Assembly: GCF_006345805.1 (NCBI RefSeq)
Contig: NC_043007.1
Location: forward strand, 47,678,001-47,742,000
Direction of reading: 5' to 3'
DNA length: 64,000 nt
From: Octopus sinensis
Taxonomy: Eukaryota
Shown: positions 48,823 through 62,860 of the stretch, piece by piece
Layout of the letters: every line of letters begins with the position of its first letter
Position numbering within the stretch: position 1 is the stretch's first letter
Notes under the pieces: generated by a model
The model's input: only the letters and a program-made list of their open reading frames with translations
What the model was told of the DNA's origin: nothing
Databases searched by the model: none
Program-made: the position numbers and the translations under genes

Positions 48823-51294
48823 CACATTGTATTTGACTTCAATAGGTTTGTAGAATGAAATGTATTACCAGATATAATTATTTTCAGATAATTAGAATAA
48901 GAGACTGCTTGAAAAATCATTTTCCTACAGGTCTTTGTGTGTGCTTGTATGATTGTTAGTTCGTGTGGAAACTTGCCAAAATGTGTAATTTCTTAACAGT
49001 TTAACAAAAATTTCCTTTGTTATTTCGTCTTCAGTTTATAAAATTAATTTGTTGTCTTTTTGATCCTTAATATAATTTTTTTGAACATAGCATTTAATAC
49101 CTACCAATAAGTACTTTCTGAAAGTTCTGTCTTTTATTTATTTTAGATAATTTTTTAAAAAATAATAAAATAATTTTGTTCAAATCGCGTCACATTGTTT
49201 TGATATGTTCTAAAAAGCAAAGAGATTTAGTTTCTAATAGAAAGCTTGTTTGTAAATATATTTAAATGACTAATTGACAGTTTGATTTATAAAGATATCT
49301 TAGTCTACTCTACTTCTTTGTTCTCTCCATTTCCTCTTAAAAACCCCTTCCACACAGGAAATATCTTATTATTTTGGACTTGCTTCCAGATTTCTCTTGG
49401 CATTATTATTTCTTTGTATATATATTTGTTCCACTTCACTTTCTTTGTTCACCCGTTGGTTATATTGTTTCAATGTGCCCCCGTTTCTCGTTCTGATGAT
49501 GACTAATTACACTTAGATGTATCATATAATAATAATAATCTTGACGTTTATTCCCCCCTCCCCATTTCTTTTTTAAATCCTCTTCTCCCGTCTTCCTTCA
49601 GTTTCAATGACAAGTGCTTGCAATTATCTTCGCATATTATTTGAAGAATTTTCATTCCTTTCTTTTTGTTGTGGCTACTGCGGTAAACTCTTTAACTCTT
49701 TTTCTCTTGTCATTGCTTTTGACCGGAGGTGTAGATGTGGAACTAATTATAAACCATGGTGTACCGCAGCGCAAAAGCGCTCTAATTCCATATACATACC
49801 ATTTTGTGTCTCTCTGTCATGTATACTACGTACACACACACATGTATATATGGTATGTTGGATTAATCGTTAAGGTGTTTTAAACAGATTTGGAATTAGT
49901 CCACTCCCACCTCCTCCCTCAGTTATACTTGTAGGAATGTTTACTCTCTACTAATTGATAAGAAAGTATTCATAATTCCATTCATTACATTTGCGGATGT
50001 CTTTCAGAATGGCATAAACGTTCTCGCCTCCCTCTTTTTCTTTCTTTTTTTTTATTAATTCTAAAGCTTAACATCTACTTCGGCATGATGTTATTATTGG
50101 AGAAAGTCAAGACTATTGAAAAGGTTGCAAGACGCAACGAAAATTTTAGGAAAATAAAAATAAGAAATAAGTGGAAATTTTACCGGTGCGTGTGTTACAT
50201 TATAAGGCACTAAAAGAGAATGACTCTCCCCAGACACAACAGAATATGCTTCAACACACGAACTCATATAAAGAATCTTGCAAACCAAATCCAAAAACGA
50301 ATTATTATTGGAGTTTTTGCAATAGCTGTCCTTCGAAGTCCCTTAAATACATGGGAAGCGAAAGGTGTTACGGAAGTGGGAGGGGAAAATATTTTAATTG
50401 AAAATTTGGAGGAAAATAATTTTCGAACTCATAAATTACGGACAAAAAAAAGGGTGGGGTGGAATTACTCTTTTTCTTTCCTCTGACTATGGGAACTTCG
50501 GACGGCTATTCAAACTGATCACTGGTTTGCGGGCAATTTGATTTTGTAATTTTCTTCATGCTTGAGTCTCTAAAATAAGTACTAGTAAATATCATTCAAC
50601 TTGGATTCAGTATGCTATGAAACCTCTTTGAAAAAGATTGGTCTTTTATTTATATATATTTTTTTAATCTCATTTCCCCAGTATTTGTTAAATCGGCGAT
50701 CTGTGTGTTTGTGGTTCTCGTCATCATTTAACGTCCGTTTTCCATGCTGGCACGGTTTGGACGTTTAATATGACCCATCGAGCCGGTGGAGGAGAGGTTT
50801 CAGCACCATTGTCTGCAATGGTATGGTTTCTACGGCATCCAGCCTTCAAAACCATTCCAAAGCGAACATTGGACAGAGAAATGGAGGTCATACTTTCTGA
50901 CTAGCCACTTTACATGATCGCTCAACCTTCTAGAAATAACATTTTTTGTTTTTTAAGCCAAAGAGATTTTTGTTACCAAAGTTACAAGAAATATAAACAA
51001 TACTGGAATCCTAATACATTCATTATAAAAAAATATTAGTGATTGATAAAGAAAATTTGTTGCTTTCACCATTCGTCCCAGTTTCTCGCAGATCACACCC
51101 TAATGTCTTAAACATACATTAGAAAATTAGGTATTCAGCACACCATGACTAAAAACAGTATAATAAAACAAGGTTGTCACAGATGGAACATCTTTAAGTT
51201 TGTTCAGTCAGTTTAGAGCTAAACAATTTGGAGTTCACATCTTACTGGACTTGATTTTGCCTTTCTTGTGCCTATGAAATACTCTCTTTACTCT

Positions 51295-51700
51295 GTAATA
51301 CTCTCTTTACTCTTCTACTTGTTTCAGTCATTTGACTGTGGCCATGCTGGAGCACCGCCTTTTAGTTGAGCAAGTTGGCCCTAGGACTTATTCTTTGTAA
51401 GCCTAGTACTTATTCTGTCAGTCTCTTTTGCCAAACCGCTAAGTTACGGGGACATAAACACACCAGCATCGGTTGTCAAGCGATGTTGGGAGACAAACAT
51501 ATACACACACATACATACATATATATATATGCATATATACGACGGGCTTCTTTCAGTTTCCGTCTACCAAATCCACTCACAAGGCTTTGGTCAGCCCGAG
51601 GCTATAGTAGAAGACACTTGCCCAAGTTGCCACGCAGTGGGACTGAACCCGGAACCATGTGGTTGGTAAGCAAGCTACTTACCACACAGCCTCTACTATG
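51295..51700 (-). mobile_element. Family A SINE in MEMO1 intron
   Basis: Reverse complement of the family A consensus. Confidence 0.92.
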
Positions 51701-53449
51701 CCTATCAAAGTTTTTTTTTTTTTTGTTGAGATTGAAATTGATGGCTGCATATAGAAAACATATATAGTTTTATATTATATTTACTGAGAGACGATCCCTG
51801 ATGGGCTATTACACTTCAAAACGTTTGTTACATTGGACCAGTGGATTGGCCTCAAAGTGCTTTCAGCTTGTGTCACTTGGGCTGATCAGTTGGTCCAGGT
51901 GTCACAAGATGGTTAATGAAAATTTAGATTCTGTGTTCAAATCCCAGCAGGGTTAAAACAATCAGCGACGCTGCAATTTAACAAAATTTTTTCACCTCAT
52001 TTATTTGTACATTACCTTAGACCTAAGTTAATGTTGGTGCAGAACCCAATGTGTGATTTTTTTTCCAAAAATCATGGGACTCCTCTTCTGTAGACTATTC
52101 CCACCTCCTTAATTTTAACCTTTTTTTTTTTTTTATACCAAATCTCTTAGGAGGTACAAAAACATTGATTTCAATTGATTCTAAAAATAATGATGAATTT
52201 AATAAAATAACTTTGTCATTTTTAAGCTAATATTTGGAACAAAGTGTGAAATTTTGATACTTCACAATAGGAAGTTTGTATCATAAAACCAGAGGCAGTC
52301 TTATCTAAAAACCCGAGATGATCACAGCTGGATTACCTTTTCTCATGGGTCTTTTTAAAAACAGAGCAACAATAACCCTACTGCTGTAGAACACCTCTGA
52401 AGTTCTTGTTAGACTATCTGAGATCCCAGTGCACTTGTCTGCTGGCAGTGAGTACTCCCTGTTCATTCTAATGTTTATTACATCTGACCCCTTTGTTTTT
52501 TGCTTCATAGACGGCATGTTCTCACCCTCTCCTTGATCTTTCTCATTCAACTTTTTAGTACACACTGACGGACTTCATTCTTTTCATTGCTATTGAAAAT
52601 AAGTCTCTTTTCAAACACTTTTCTCCATGTCATCTTGAGTCGGTTTTACAATTTAGAATAATGTGTCATACCTTTTTCACTGGATATTAGCAAACATGTA
52701 TTTTCCCACCTCTCTGCCTGTCTCACTCTCCTTCTCCTCCTAGCTATGTAGGGTAATTCTCTTGCTGTTATTCTCTGCTTCCCACTTTTTCTACTTCCAA
52801 AACCTGTTGCTTCAGAGCTCTTATGTAGCCTTATATTTGTTCCACTCTTTCATTACCCCTTCACCTATCTGATGGACCTCTTCCCCAACTGTAACTGATC
52901 AGTGGCTGACAGCTGGTTGTTCTTTAGGAATGTCCAGTTATTCTCTATTTATATATTGCATTATGTTATAATGGCTTACCCCCCACCTCTCTAAATAAGC
53001 ATTATTTAGAAACTATTGTTCATATAGCCTCCCTCTTGTTGAGAATTGTTTCCCTAACTTCTTCCATATTAATGAGCTTGCTTGCTTAAAACTCTCATAC
53101 CAACTGGAAGGGTAGAATTTTTTTTTTTTTTTTGAAATTGATGTTAGAAACAAAATTATTTACACTGCAGAAGCACCCCCAAGAACATTTCATATCTTAT
53201 ATCAGTGCCATAACCTCCATATAGACACTGATGTAAAGGTCTTGGCATTTCTTGCTGACACCACCGAAGTCCTTATCTGTTCATGTTATTTGTTTTGAAT
53301 ATTGCTTACAAAATTGAATCATTTTCTTAACTGCTTTTATGTCCAAGTCTAAAGCACTTTGATCTCAGTTCTTCTCTATACTAGATATATTCTTTTGCTG
53401 TGCTGATATTGATAGTAGAAAACTAGAAATTCAGAATAATTAAATACCG

Positions 53450-54490
53450 TTTCAAATTTTGGTACAAGGTCAGTAGTTTTAAGGGAGGGGTTAAAGTCAA
53501 TTACATCAACCCCAGTGCATGATTGGTACTTGGTTTTATCAATCCCAAAAAGGATGAAAAGTCACCCTTGACAACATTTGAACTAAGAATGTAAAGAGCA
53601 AAAAGAAATACCTCTAAGTATTTTCTCAACACAATGATCATTCTAACAGGTCTCTACCATAATAATAATTCTTTCTACTGTAAACACAAAACTTAAAATT
53701 TGGAGGAGAGGCAGATAATCAATTACATGACCCCAGTAATTTAAATAATGATTTCAAACTTTGGCACAAAGCCAGCACATACGGGAAACAAGTTAAGTTG
53801 ATGACATCGACCCATTGCTCAACAGGGACTGATTTTATTGACTCCCAAAAGAATGAAAGGTAAAGTTGACTTAACCGTAGTGAAATTTGAACTCAGAATA
53901 TAAAGAGCCAGAAGAAATGCTGCCAAGCATCTTTCTGACACATTAATGATTCTGCCAGGTTGCTGCCAAAATAATAACAGCAATAATAATGGTTTCAAAT
54001 TTTGGCACAGAGCCAGCAGTTTGGAGGAAGAGGTTAATTCAATTACATTTACCCCTGTGCTCAACTGGTACTTATTTTATTGGCCCTGAAAGGATAAAAG
54101 GCAAAGTTGATCTTGGTGGAATTTGAACCCAGAGCATGATGATAGACCAAATACCACTGAGCATTTCTTTCGGCATGCTAACAATTCTGCCAGCTCACCA
54201 CTTTGATAATGACAATAGTCTTTGTTAGAGATATACATATTTGTTTATGGCTGAAGCACACTCACACCTGACATCAATCTTTAATAGACAACAGATGTTG
54301 CAACAGACCACATTGCAGCAAGCTGGCAGAAACATTAGCACACCGAGCAAAATGCTTAGCAGTATTTCAACTGTCTTTATGTTCTGAGTTTAGATTTTGC
54401 CGAGGTCGACTTTACTTTTCATCCTTTCGGGGGTCAGTTAAGTACCCTCCCCAAAAATTTCAGGCCTTGTGCCTAGAGTAGAAAAGAATA
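53450..54490. mobile_element. Cluster of family B SINEs (minus copies 53450-54200, plus copy about 54320-54490)
   Basis: Repeated TTTCAAATTTTGGCACA..CCAGC and GAAAGGCAAAGTTGA modules, then a plus-strand CCGAGGTCGACTTT copy. Confidence 0.8.
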
Positions 54491-54679
54491 TTTGGCACTT
54501 TGCAAGTGTAACCTATCAAATTATTGACCATCATCTGCTAAAGTAGGTCAGTCAGTCTGGTGGATTATGAAACAAAAAGAAAAAAAGTGTTTCATTTGTA
54601 ATGTAAGCAAAATACTGAGAGTCTCCTAAAATATAATGTGTATCAGCAAAATATTTCTTTGATAAATCTGTAAGTGCAG

Positions 54680-55258
54680 GCATTGCTCTGTGGTTAAAAA
54701 CATCAATTTGCGACCACAGGGTTTCAGGTTCAGTCTCACTGCACAATCTCTTGAGCAAGTGTCTTAAACTATAGCTTCAGTGTGACCAATGCTTTATGAG
54801 TGAATGAGGTAGATGGAAACTGTGTGGAAGCCTGTCATGTGTGTGTTTGTTGGTTTGTTTATGTTCCCATAACTTACTAGTTCAGCAAGAGCACAATAGA
54901 ATAAGTACCAAACTTAAAATTAAAAAATAAATACTAGGGTTATCTTCAGCCAAGTCATTTCGACTAAAAATTCACGTTAATGCCCCAGCGTGGCTATAGT
55001 CTAATAACTGAAACAAGTAAAAGATAAAAGGTTAACATGGATGCATTCAAATGACTGAAACAAGTAACAGAAAAGGATGCAAACAATGCAAATTTTTTCA
55101 TTAAGCATGGCTGTGTGGTAAGAAGTTTGCTTCCCAACCACATGGTTCCAGGCTCAGTCCCACTGTGTGGCACCCTGGGCAAGTGTCTTCAGCTATAGCC
55201 TTGGGCTGATCAAATCCTTGTGATTGGATTTGGTTGACAGAAACTGAAAGAAGCCCAT

Positions 55259-55353
<95 letters not shown>

Positions 55354-55420
55354 GTGTGTGTGTTTGTGTTTACGTCCCCATAAATTGTTGGGGGTCAGCA
55401 AAAATAAAAGTACTAGGGTT
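54680..55420 (+). mobile_element. Two tandem family A SINEs
   Basis: Heads at about 54685 and 55107; internal (TG)/(TA) repeats. Confidence 0.85.
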
Positions 55421-56320
55421 GATAAAAATGAAAGATATGACAGGAAACCTGATCTCTACTATTTATTTAAAACTATCACCTAGTCTACTTTAGTAATACA
55501 GGGAAAGGAGATCATGTAAAAATTATGTAATAATAAAGCATGATTGTATTTTGGGTGTTTTCCTTTTTTGAATTTATAAAACTATTGAGAAGTGCATAAC
55601 AAAAAGAAGTAAATTGAAGAAATGTTACTATTGATTAGATGAGCCGTAACACTATTTGATCAGTGAGTATCATGCCCGTATATTCTAGCTATGTATATTG
55701 TATTCTGTTTTTAATGTACTCTCATCTGTGTTTTAAATTTTGCATAAGAAAACCTTATTTCAAATGAACTGCAAACCTACATATGACCGCCAGAATTTAC
55801 TCAAATCCAGAAGGAATACTCTGTTAATGTGTCTGAGGACACATTATGCCTGAAAATAAAATCCTGAATGTTTTTGATCTGCTCGATCTGTACTGGACTG
55901 AGTTAAACAATGATAGTAAAAGTAATTGTAATGATATTTGTTCCAAAAGGGGCAATTATTGCTGTATGGTCAAGAAGTTTGCTTCTCAACATTGTGGTTT
56001 TTGGTTCAGCCCCACTGCATAACACCTTTTTTAAGTGTCTACTGTAGCCACTGGCTAACCAAGTCTTGTGAATGAATTTGGGAGACAAAAATTGAAAGAA
56101 TCCTGTCGTTTGTGTGTATGTATATAATGTTTGTGCACCATGTGCTTCACTTGAAAACCTATTAGCTACAAGCTGTGAAGTTCCTTCTCATTTCCCTATC
56201 ACAAATTGTCAACAGGCTCTGTGCTTTTGAATATGTGTGGGATAAGAGATTCCTCGTTTGAAAAATAAGTAACATTTGGTCTAAATTTGTGGTGGTGAGT
56301 AGGCGGTATTAGGAATGTGG

Positions 56321-56533
56321 TGGCGAGCTGGCAGAAACGTTAGCACGCCGGGCGAACTGTGTAGCCGTATTTTGTCTCCCGTTACGTTCTGAGTTCAAAT
56401 TCCGCCGAGGTCGACTTTGCCTTTCATCCTTTCGGGGTTGATAAATTAAGTACCAGTTACGCACAGGGGTCGATATAATCGACATAATCCGTTTGTCTGT
56501 CCTTTTTTGTCCTCTGTGGGTAGTAAAGAAATA
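56321..56533 (+). mobile_element. Full-length family B SINE with 16-bp TSD GGTATTAGGAATGTGG
   Basis: TSD at 56305-56320 and 56534-56549. Confidence 0.93.
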
Positions 56534-57668
56534 GGTATTAGGAATGTGGCTCAGGCACCAATTTAGGGCTGTAACCTGAAAAAGTTTGGGAACCACTGGG
56601 TTAGATCATTTTGAAGACTAAACTTGAATCCAAGAAGTGTTGTATTGAAGGCTAAAAACAAATAAAAGCCAGTAACTATACTCAACAAACTCTCAAGGCT
56701 GTATGAGACCAAATAACTGCCATTAAACTGTTGTTTTTAAGATACTGTATATAATAAACTGATGTAATATATACTCAAAGCACTTTTTTGTGTTCTCTCC
56801 AAAAATATCGCTTGTTTGGATCTCACAAAGCTTCTTAATTGATTGTTTTTAGATACAATTAATTATTCAAACATTGCAAACTGCTTTTTACTAATTCTTC
56901 TCAAATGATGATTCCTTGATATGTTCTAAATAATGATTGCCTTCTCTCTTTCTCTCTTAAATGTGATATGTTAATGAATTCTTTAAAGCCATTAGCAATG
57001 TGAGATGGTTCTATCTGGAACTAACAAATAGCTTAACAGATCAAATTTACCCATTGACACTATAAACATGTCTTTTTTTTTTTTATTCAAGTTCAGATCA
57101 GATAACATTCACTCCTAAATTAAAAAGTTATCTTAAATTATTGTTTTATCTTTTTCTTTTTCTTTTTTTAAAATCATTGAGAGGAAAATAGTTTTAAAGC
57201 TGTGTGGTTTCAGTGATAGGTAGGGATAGATTGGATTGGCTCTTAAATTGATATTTTTAAAGAGTAAGTCGGAGCAGGTTACATGTAATGGGAGGTGGGG
57301 ATGAGGCAGCTGCATTGTGGAGTGTATCAGTCCATCTTAGAAAATATTCGTTATTTCTCTGTGATGTTATGATGATGATAATCTCTCCTGTCGAAGACAA
57401 CGTATGAATGTTCAGCTTTTGCCAAACAGCCTGCATAAATGATTTGTTTATAGTGATCAAGTGTTCATGCCACACATTGGCTCACTCTCTCCATCAAATT
57501 GATGTTGTCTGAACAGGTGCATAGTGTACCACATATTGGGTGTTGAAGTGATTGCATCGCAATGTGAGATAGTGTTTTTCTCAAGAACAGTGCACCACCC
57601 GGTCTAGGAATTGAAATCACAATCACTAGATCATGTGTGCAACACCCTAACCATTAAGCCATGCACCC

Positions 57669-57705
<37 letters not shown>

Positions 57706-57879
57706 GTAAAAATATAACTTGTATTACCGACCATGTGTAGATATGGTTATGTGGTTAAGAAGTTTGCTTTGTGACCATGTACTCTGTTTCAGTCCTACTA
57801 ATGGCATCTTGAGAAAATGTCTTCTATAGATTCAGGCCAGCCAATATGCAAGCATGGAAAAGTGGATGTTAAAATGATG

Positions 57880-57919
57880 CGTGTGTGTATATGTCTATAC
57901 ATATATATATATGTGTGTT

Positions 57920-57975
<56 letters not shown>

Positions 57976-58168
57976 CATACATACATACCCAAGCACATAT
58001 ATATACATACATACATACATACATACACACACATATATATATATATACATACACACACACATACACACACATATATATATATACATACACACACACACAC
58101 ACATATATATACATACATACATACATACACACATATATATATATATATACGTACATACATACACACAC

Positions 58169-58247
<79 letters not shown>

Positions 58248-58260
58248 TGTGTGTGTGTGT
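57880..58260. repeat. Compound (TA)/(CA)/(TACA) microsatellite
   Basis: Direct reading; source of ORFs 57798-58346. Confidence 0.95.
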
Positions 58261-59220
58261 ATTACTGCCTTTCTGACTATTACTTCCAACAAGTGAAGTC
58301 GGCTTTCTCTGTCCCTCTCAAGCCGTTTTCAAAGCGTTCAAAATAATTTTTCTTTCATTCAGGCTTAACAGCCCTTAATGTTTGTGTTACTGTTATTCTC
58401 CTTGTCCTGTCTTTTACTGTTTTTTATTTGTATTGTCTTTACTGTCCTGTTTTTGCTACCACTTTTACCTCTCCGCAAAAAATTTCAAATTTTATTTAAT
58501 TTGCTTTGCGGGAAGGTCTGTTTCCATGAAGTCGTGTCTCGACTTTACCTTCAAAACACGGAGTAGATGAAACAGAGGTGGCTGAAGAAGGGGAATTTTC
58601 CTTGTGTTGTATGTCTTTTACTCTGTTTTTCCGCTGTTTAAAAAAATGTCCGTTTCCTTGGTTTTGTTTTTATGTTTTCGTTTTTCATTGTGTTCGACGT
58701 TTTTTTGGTGTCCTGTACCCATATATGCATGTATATATACATATAGATGTATGTACGTACATATATGTATGTATATATGCATATGTTTTATTTATTATTT
58801 TGTTATTATATATATACATATATATATATATATCAGATAAAACAGAAAGTCAAGAGACTGTTGTGATCTGTATTGGCAAGACTTGTATTATTTAGAAGTG
58901 ACAATAGTAGTACAGTGAAATTTCCCTGCAGAATTGCATATCCAGTGTTTTAGACAATCCACCTTCAACATAAAATTGACTGGAGGCAATTAAAATGACA
59001 AATAGTTTTCCCTCTCCTGTGTTTGAGAAATTGGCTGCAACTGATGGGGAATGCAAAACAGCCTGACCCTAATGTATAGACAGGAAGTTGTAGGAGGGAG
59101 AAGCTGGGTGAGAGAGACAGAAAAAAGGAAAAAGGAATAGAGAAAGAGAAGCAGGTGAGAAGGGAACAGGGCTGAAGAATAAGAATGAGATATTGAACTA
59201 AGAGAAGGTAAAATATTCAT

Positions 59221-59720
59221 TTAAACTCGCAGTGATGAAGTACCAAGTTTAAATATGAAACGTTCTTGTGTATGTGGATCCATGGTGTGCAGAGATGCTG
59301 CACACTGATAAGCAGGTAATGGAATGGCCCATTGTGTTGAAGTGGATGGCAATATGTTGGCTTGCCATACATTGTAGTCTACTTCATGTGTGCTCCACAA
59401 AGCAATCTGCAAGACAACAACCAGTTTCTCCAATATACTTCAGAGTTTGTGAAAAGTGCTATAAATGAGGCTGGAAGGTATGCAATAGAAGTTTTAGGTA
59501 ATGTGTTACTATGAGTTTGGCCTATTGAAGGTTATAATGTTATTAATGTATGGGCAGATGTTGTATCATCTGTTAGCACACCTAAAAGTGCCTGGTTTTA
59601 TGTGGTTGGGTACTACGGAGCATCTAACTAGGAGCTTACTGAGGTACTTATTTTCTTTAATGGTGAAGTGTTGCCTGAAAGATAGCAGTTGTAGGATCAG
59701 AAAGTAGGATTCGGTCTTTT
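59221..59720 (-). mobile_element. Degraded Penelope-like zinc-finger/GIY-YIG 3' fragment
   Basis: KPGTFRC..NICPYINNITF, YIGETGCCLADCFVEH and RFIFKLGTS motifs. Confidence 0.75.
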
Positions 59721-62381
59721 AATCTACACACTTTGCAACCTTGAGGCCTAAAATAGTTGCCAAAAGAAATACAATAGACAGATTGGGGATAAGAATAATA
59801 TAAACCAAAAGCAGATTTAGAAGAAGAAACAGTAGAGCTGGTAAAAAGTGGAGAGAACATGCTGTTTTGGGGGGTGGGGAGGTTAGGGCTGAGGCTATAA
59901 TTGAAAAGATATAAATCTTGTACTCAAAAAATCCAAGGTTTTCTTTTTTTTTCTTCCTGTCTTTACTGCCAAATGTTCATTACATCTATTGTGAGTGCAC
60001 CACCAGTACAAATTCCCATGAACCACTTTCTTAGTCATATTGTGCCTAGATTTACTACACTTTTTTTAGGGATCACAACCTTTTCTTTGAAATAATATGC
60101 AGCATCCGCCTCTGTTTTCGATATCTCCTTTAGACTGTTACAGTTAAATGACTTGGATGCAGCCATTCTAGGCTTTTACCAACAAGTAAAAAGTAAACAA
60201 ACACAGAAAAACTTCACGAAAGACAAAAAAATTATAAAAACACAAAAATTTCACAAAATATATGTAAAATATTACAAAAATTCATGAAAAATACCTTAAA
60301 TAAAATTCTAATTGATATAAGCACAGGTAATGTACATTTTATAAAGTTTGCACAAAAATAACTAAATCGAAACATGTACAAAGAAGATTCAGCACAGCCA
60401 GGCAAAATAGAACTCATAAGTTGCCATATGTTGCTACGGTAACTAGCTGTTGATTGGCTAAAATTACACAAATTTTCCAACTTCAATTCCAAATAACATC
60501 AGATTCTTTAATTTATGAGATAAAGAAATTGGTTGAGTGTAATCAAAATTCCGAACACTGTCCATAGCCCAACTTTGAAAACAGTCTGAGTAAAATTAAA
60601 CAGATTTGATTTTGTGACTCAATCTAACTAGATCCGAAGAAGAAATTGGAAAATCCTGACCAAAACAGAAAAATTCTAACTTAACAAAAAATATAGAAAG
60701 AAAAGGTTCTGCTTTCCAAAGCCAAAGGATGTGTTTTTAGCTGAGGTGTAATTTTATAATTAACACAAATTGAAAATTTAAATTTCGGAACATAAGACTT
60801 ACCACTTTATTTGGTGTATGGTCACAGTTCAAATGGGGGTACAAATATATGTGTGTGTGTGTGGTTGGGCCTTTAATAGCCTGGGATCAATTTAAGTTTA
60901 ATCATGCAATCATATACAAACATACCCAAACACATACTTATCAGCCACTCCCATAAGACAGTTTCATTCAAAATTCTGACCACCATTCTTTATATATTTG
61001 CACACATAAAAGCTTTTTGCTTTTATTCATTACTTTTTTTTTCTTTTAGTCATCTGTCACTATTCATCTGTTTTTGTTTTTGGAGTTTCACTTCAGCGAC
61101 ACCAGTTACACATGGTACCAGGAATTTGCTTGGTGTCACCAAAGTGGAAAGTTATTTTTAAGTTTCTGAAAATTTGAAAGAAAAAGGCATGGTCTTTTTT
61201 TTCACTGTCAGAGATGTGAAAATATGGCTACTACTCCTAAATTTCAAATGAAACTTACCACAGTTGAGGGTCTTCAAGCACCCCACCCCCAAGTCTCTTA
61301 ATGCCCTTCTAGCACTCCTTTGCTCCAAAACACCCTGCCTCAGGCTCCAAATGGCCTCTGTTGAGAAACTTTATTCTAAAGCATTTTTGTGTGTGTGTGT
61401 GTTGAGCAGAAAAGTGTCTCTGCAAGAATCTTTATACCTGAACATTTTTGTGAACACATATGGAGACACAAGATGTTGGCTTTACTGTCTACATGGAACA
61501 ATATTGGTTATAATGTAAAAAGTAATTTTTGTGTTTTTTCATTTGATTCTCCTGTTACGATGGAACATCTTGCAATCTTAAAACAGCATATTTAAATAAT
61601 TTAAAAAGGAAAGAAAAATACAGTGTCTATTTCATTGATTAATCTTAATGATTTTTCATGAGAGACAAACGTGTTCACTCAAGAATACACTTGTGCTTTA
61701 AAGTCAGCTATTGATTTTTGCTATTTTATGTAACACGTTTTCACTATTGTACTGAACACCAAGATTTACTCAGTCGAAAAGCTGTTGCTTTTGTTTGTAA
61801 ATACTTGTTTCGGTCACTCCTTCTCTTCTTTGTTTCATTGGAAATGAATGTGTATTCTTTAGTATGAAAAGTTACTTCTATAGCTTTCATTTTGTTACAT
61901 TCAGGTCTAACATTGGCACAAGACCATTCCTTTTGCGAGAAAGAAAATCAATCAAATACACCCCCACCCCAGTACGCAACTTATCCCTTATTTCATTAAC
62001 CCCAGAAGGATGAATGGCAAAGTTGATCTTGGCAGGATTTTGAATTCAAGACATAAAGGGCCTTAACTAAATACCACAAAGTATTTTGTCTGATGCTCTA
62101 CAGATTCTGCTAATTTGCAGCTTTCATTTTATAATTTTATTTTATTTATTTTTGCGTGGGGTCTTTTTTTTTTCTTCTAAAATATGCATTTTGACTCTTA
62201 TAACATCATCATTATATGAAGTTTTATTCAGACATTTTGAATCAGTGTTTTCTGATATTTAAATACTTAGAAATTTCTACCAAGGTTCCTTGAACAATTT
62301 CCTTTTTGCTATTTCATGAATAAGTGTTTGTTTTATTTTTGTTGTATTTTCATATCTCAATGAATGTTCTATTTATTCCAG

Positions 62382-62463
62382 CTGATGAACTTAATAATCA
62401 GTTGACACAATGGTTATCAAAAGTACAAGCAGTCCATTCTCCAGCCAGAGCTATTATTGCACC
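62382..62463 (+). CDS. MEMO1: MEMO1 coding exon 2 ((A)DELNNQLTQWLSKVQAVHSPARAIIA(P))
   Basis: Acceptor atttattccag|CT, donor ACC|GTAAGT; 82 nt, phase 1 to 2; aligns to human [27 protein letters not shown]. Remaining exons lie beyond the window. Confidence 0.95.
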
Positions 62464-62536
62464 GTAAGTTATTCTATACAACAACTACCACATTGGTTTT
62501 GCAAAAATTTGTACTTCTTTATTAGCTAATTAGTGA

Positions 62537-62860
62537 AGGCATGTGACTTAGTGGTTAGGGTATTCGGCTACCAATCGTAAGGTCATAAGTTCAATTCCTG
62601 GCAACACATTGTCTCTTTGAGCAAGACACTTTATTTTATGTTCCTCTAGTCCACTCAGCTGGCAAAAATGAGTTGTACCTGTATTTCCAAGAGCCAGCCT
62701 TGTCACATTCTGTGTCATGCTGAATCTCTCTCTGAGAACTATGTTAAGGGTACTCATGTCTGTAAAGTGCTCAGCCACATGCATGTTAATTTCGCAAGCA
62801 TGCTGTTACATTGATCAGAGCAATTGGAACCCTTGTCATCATAACAGAGTGCCAGATTAG
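62537..62860 (+). mobile_element. tRNA-derived SINE, family C
   Basis: Plus-strand homologue of 5416-5740. Confidence 0.88.
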
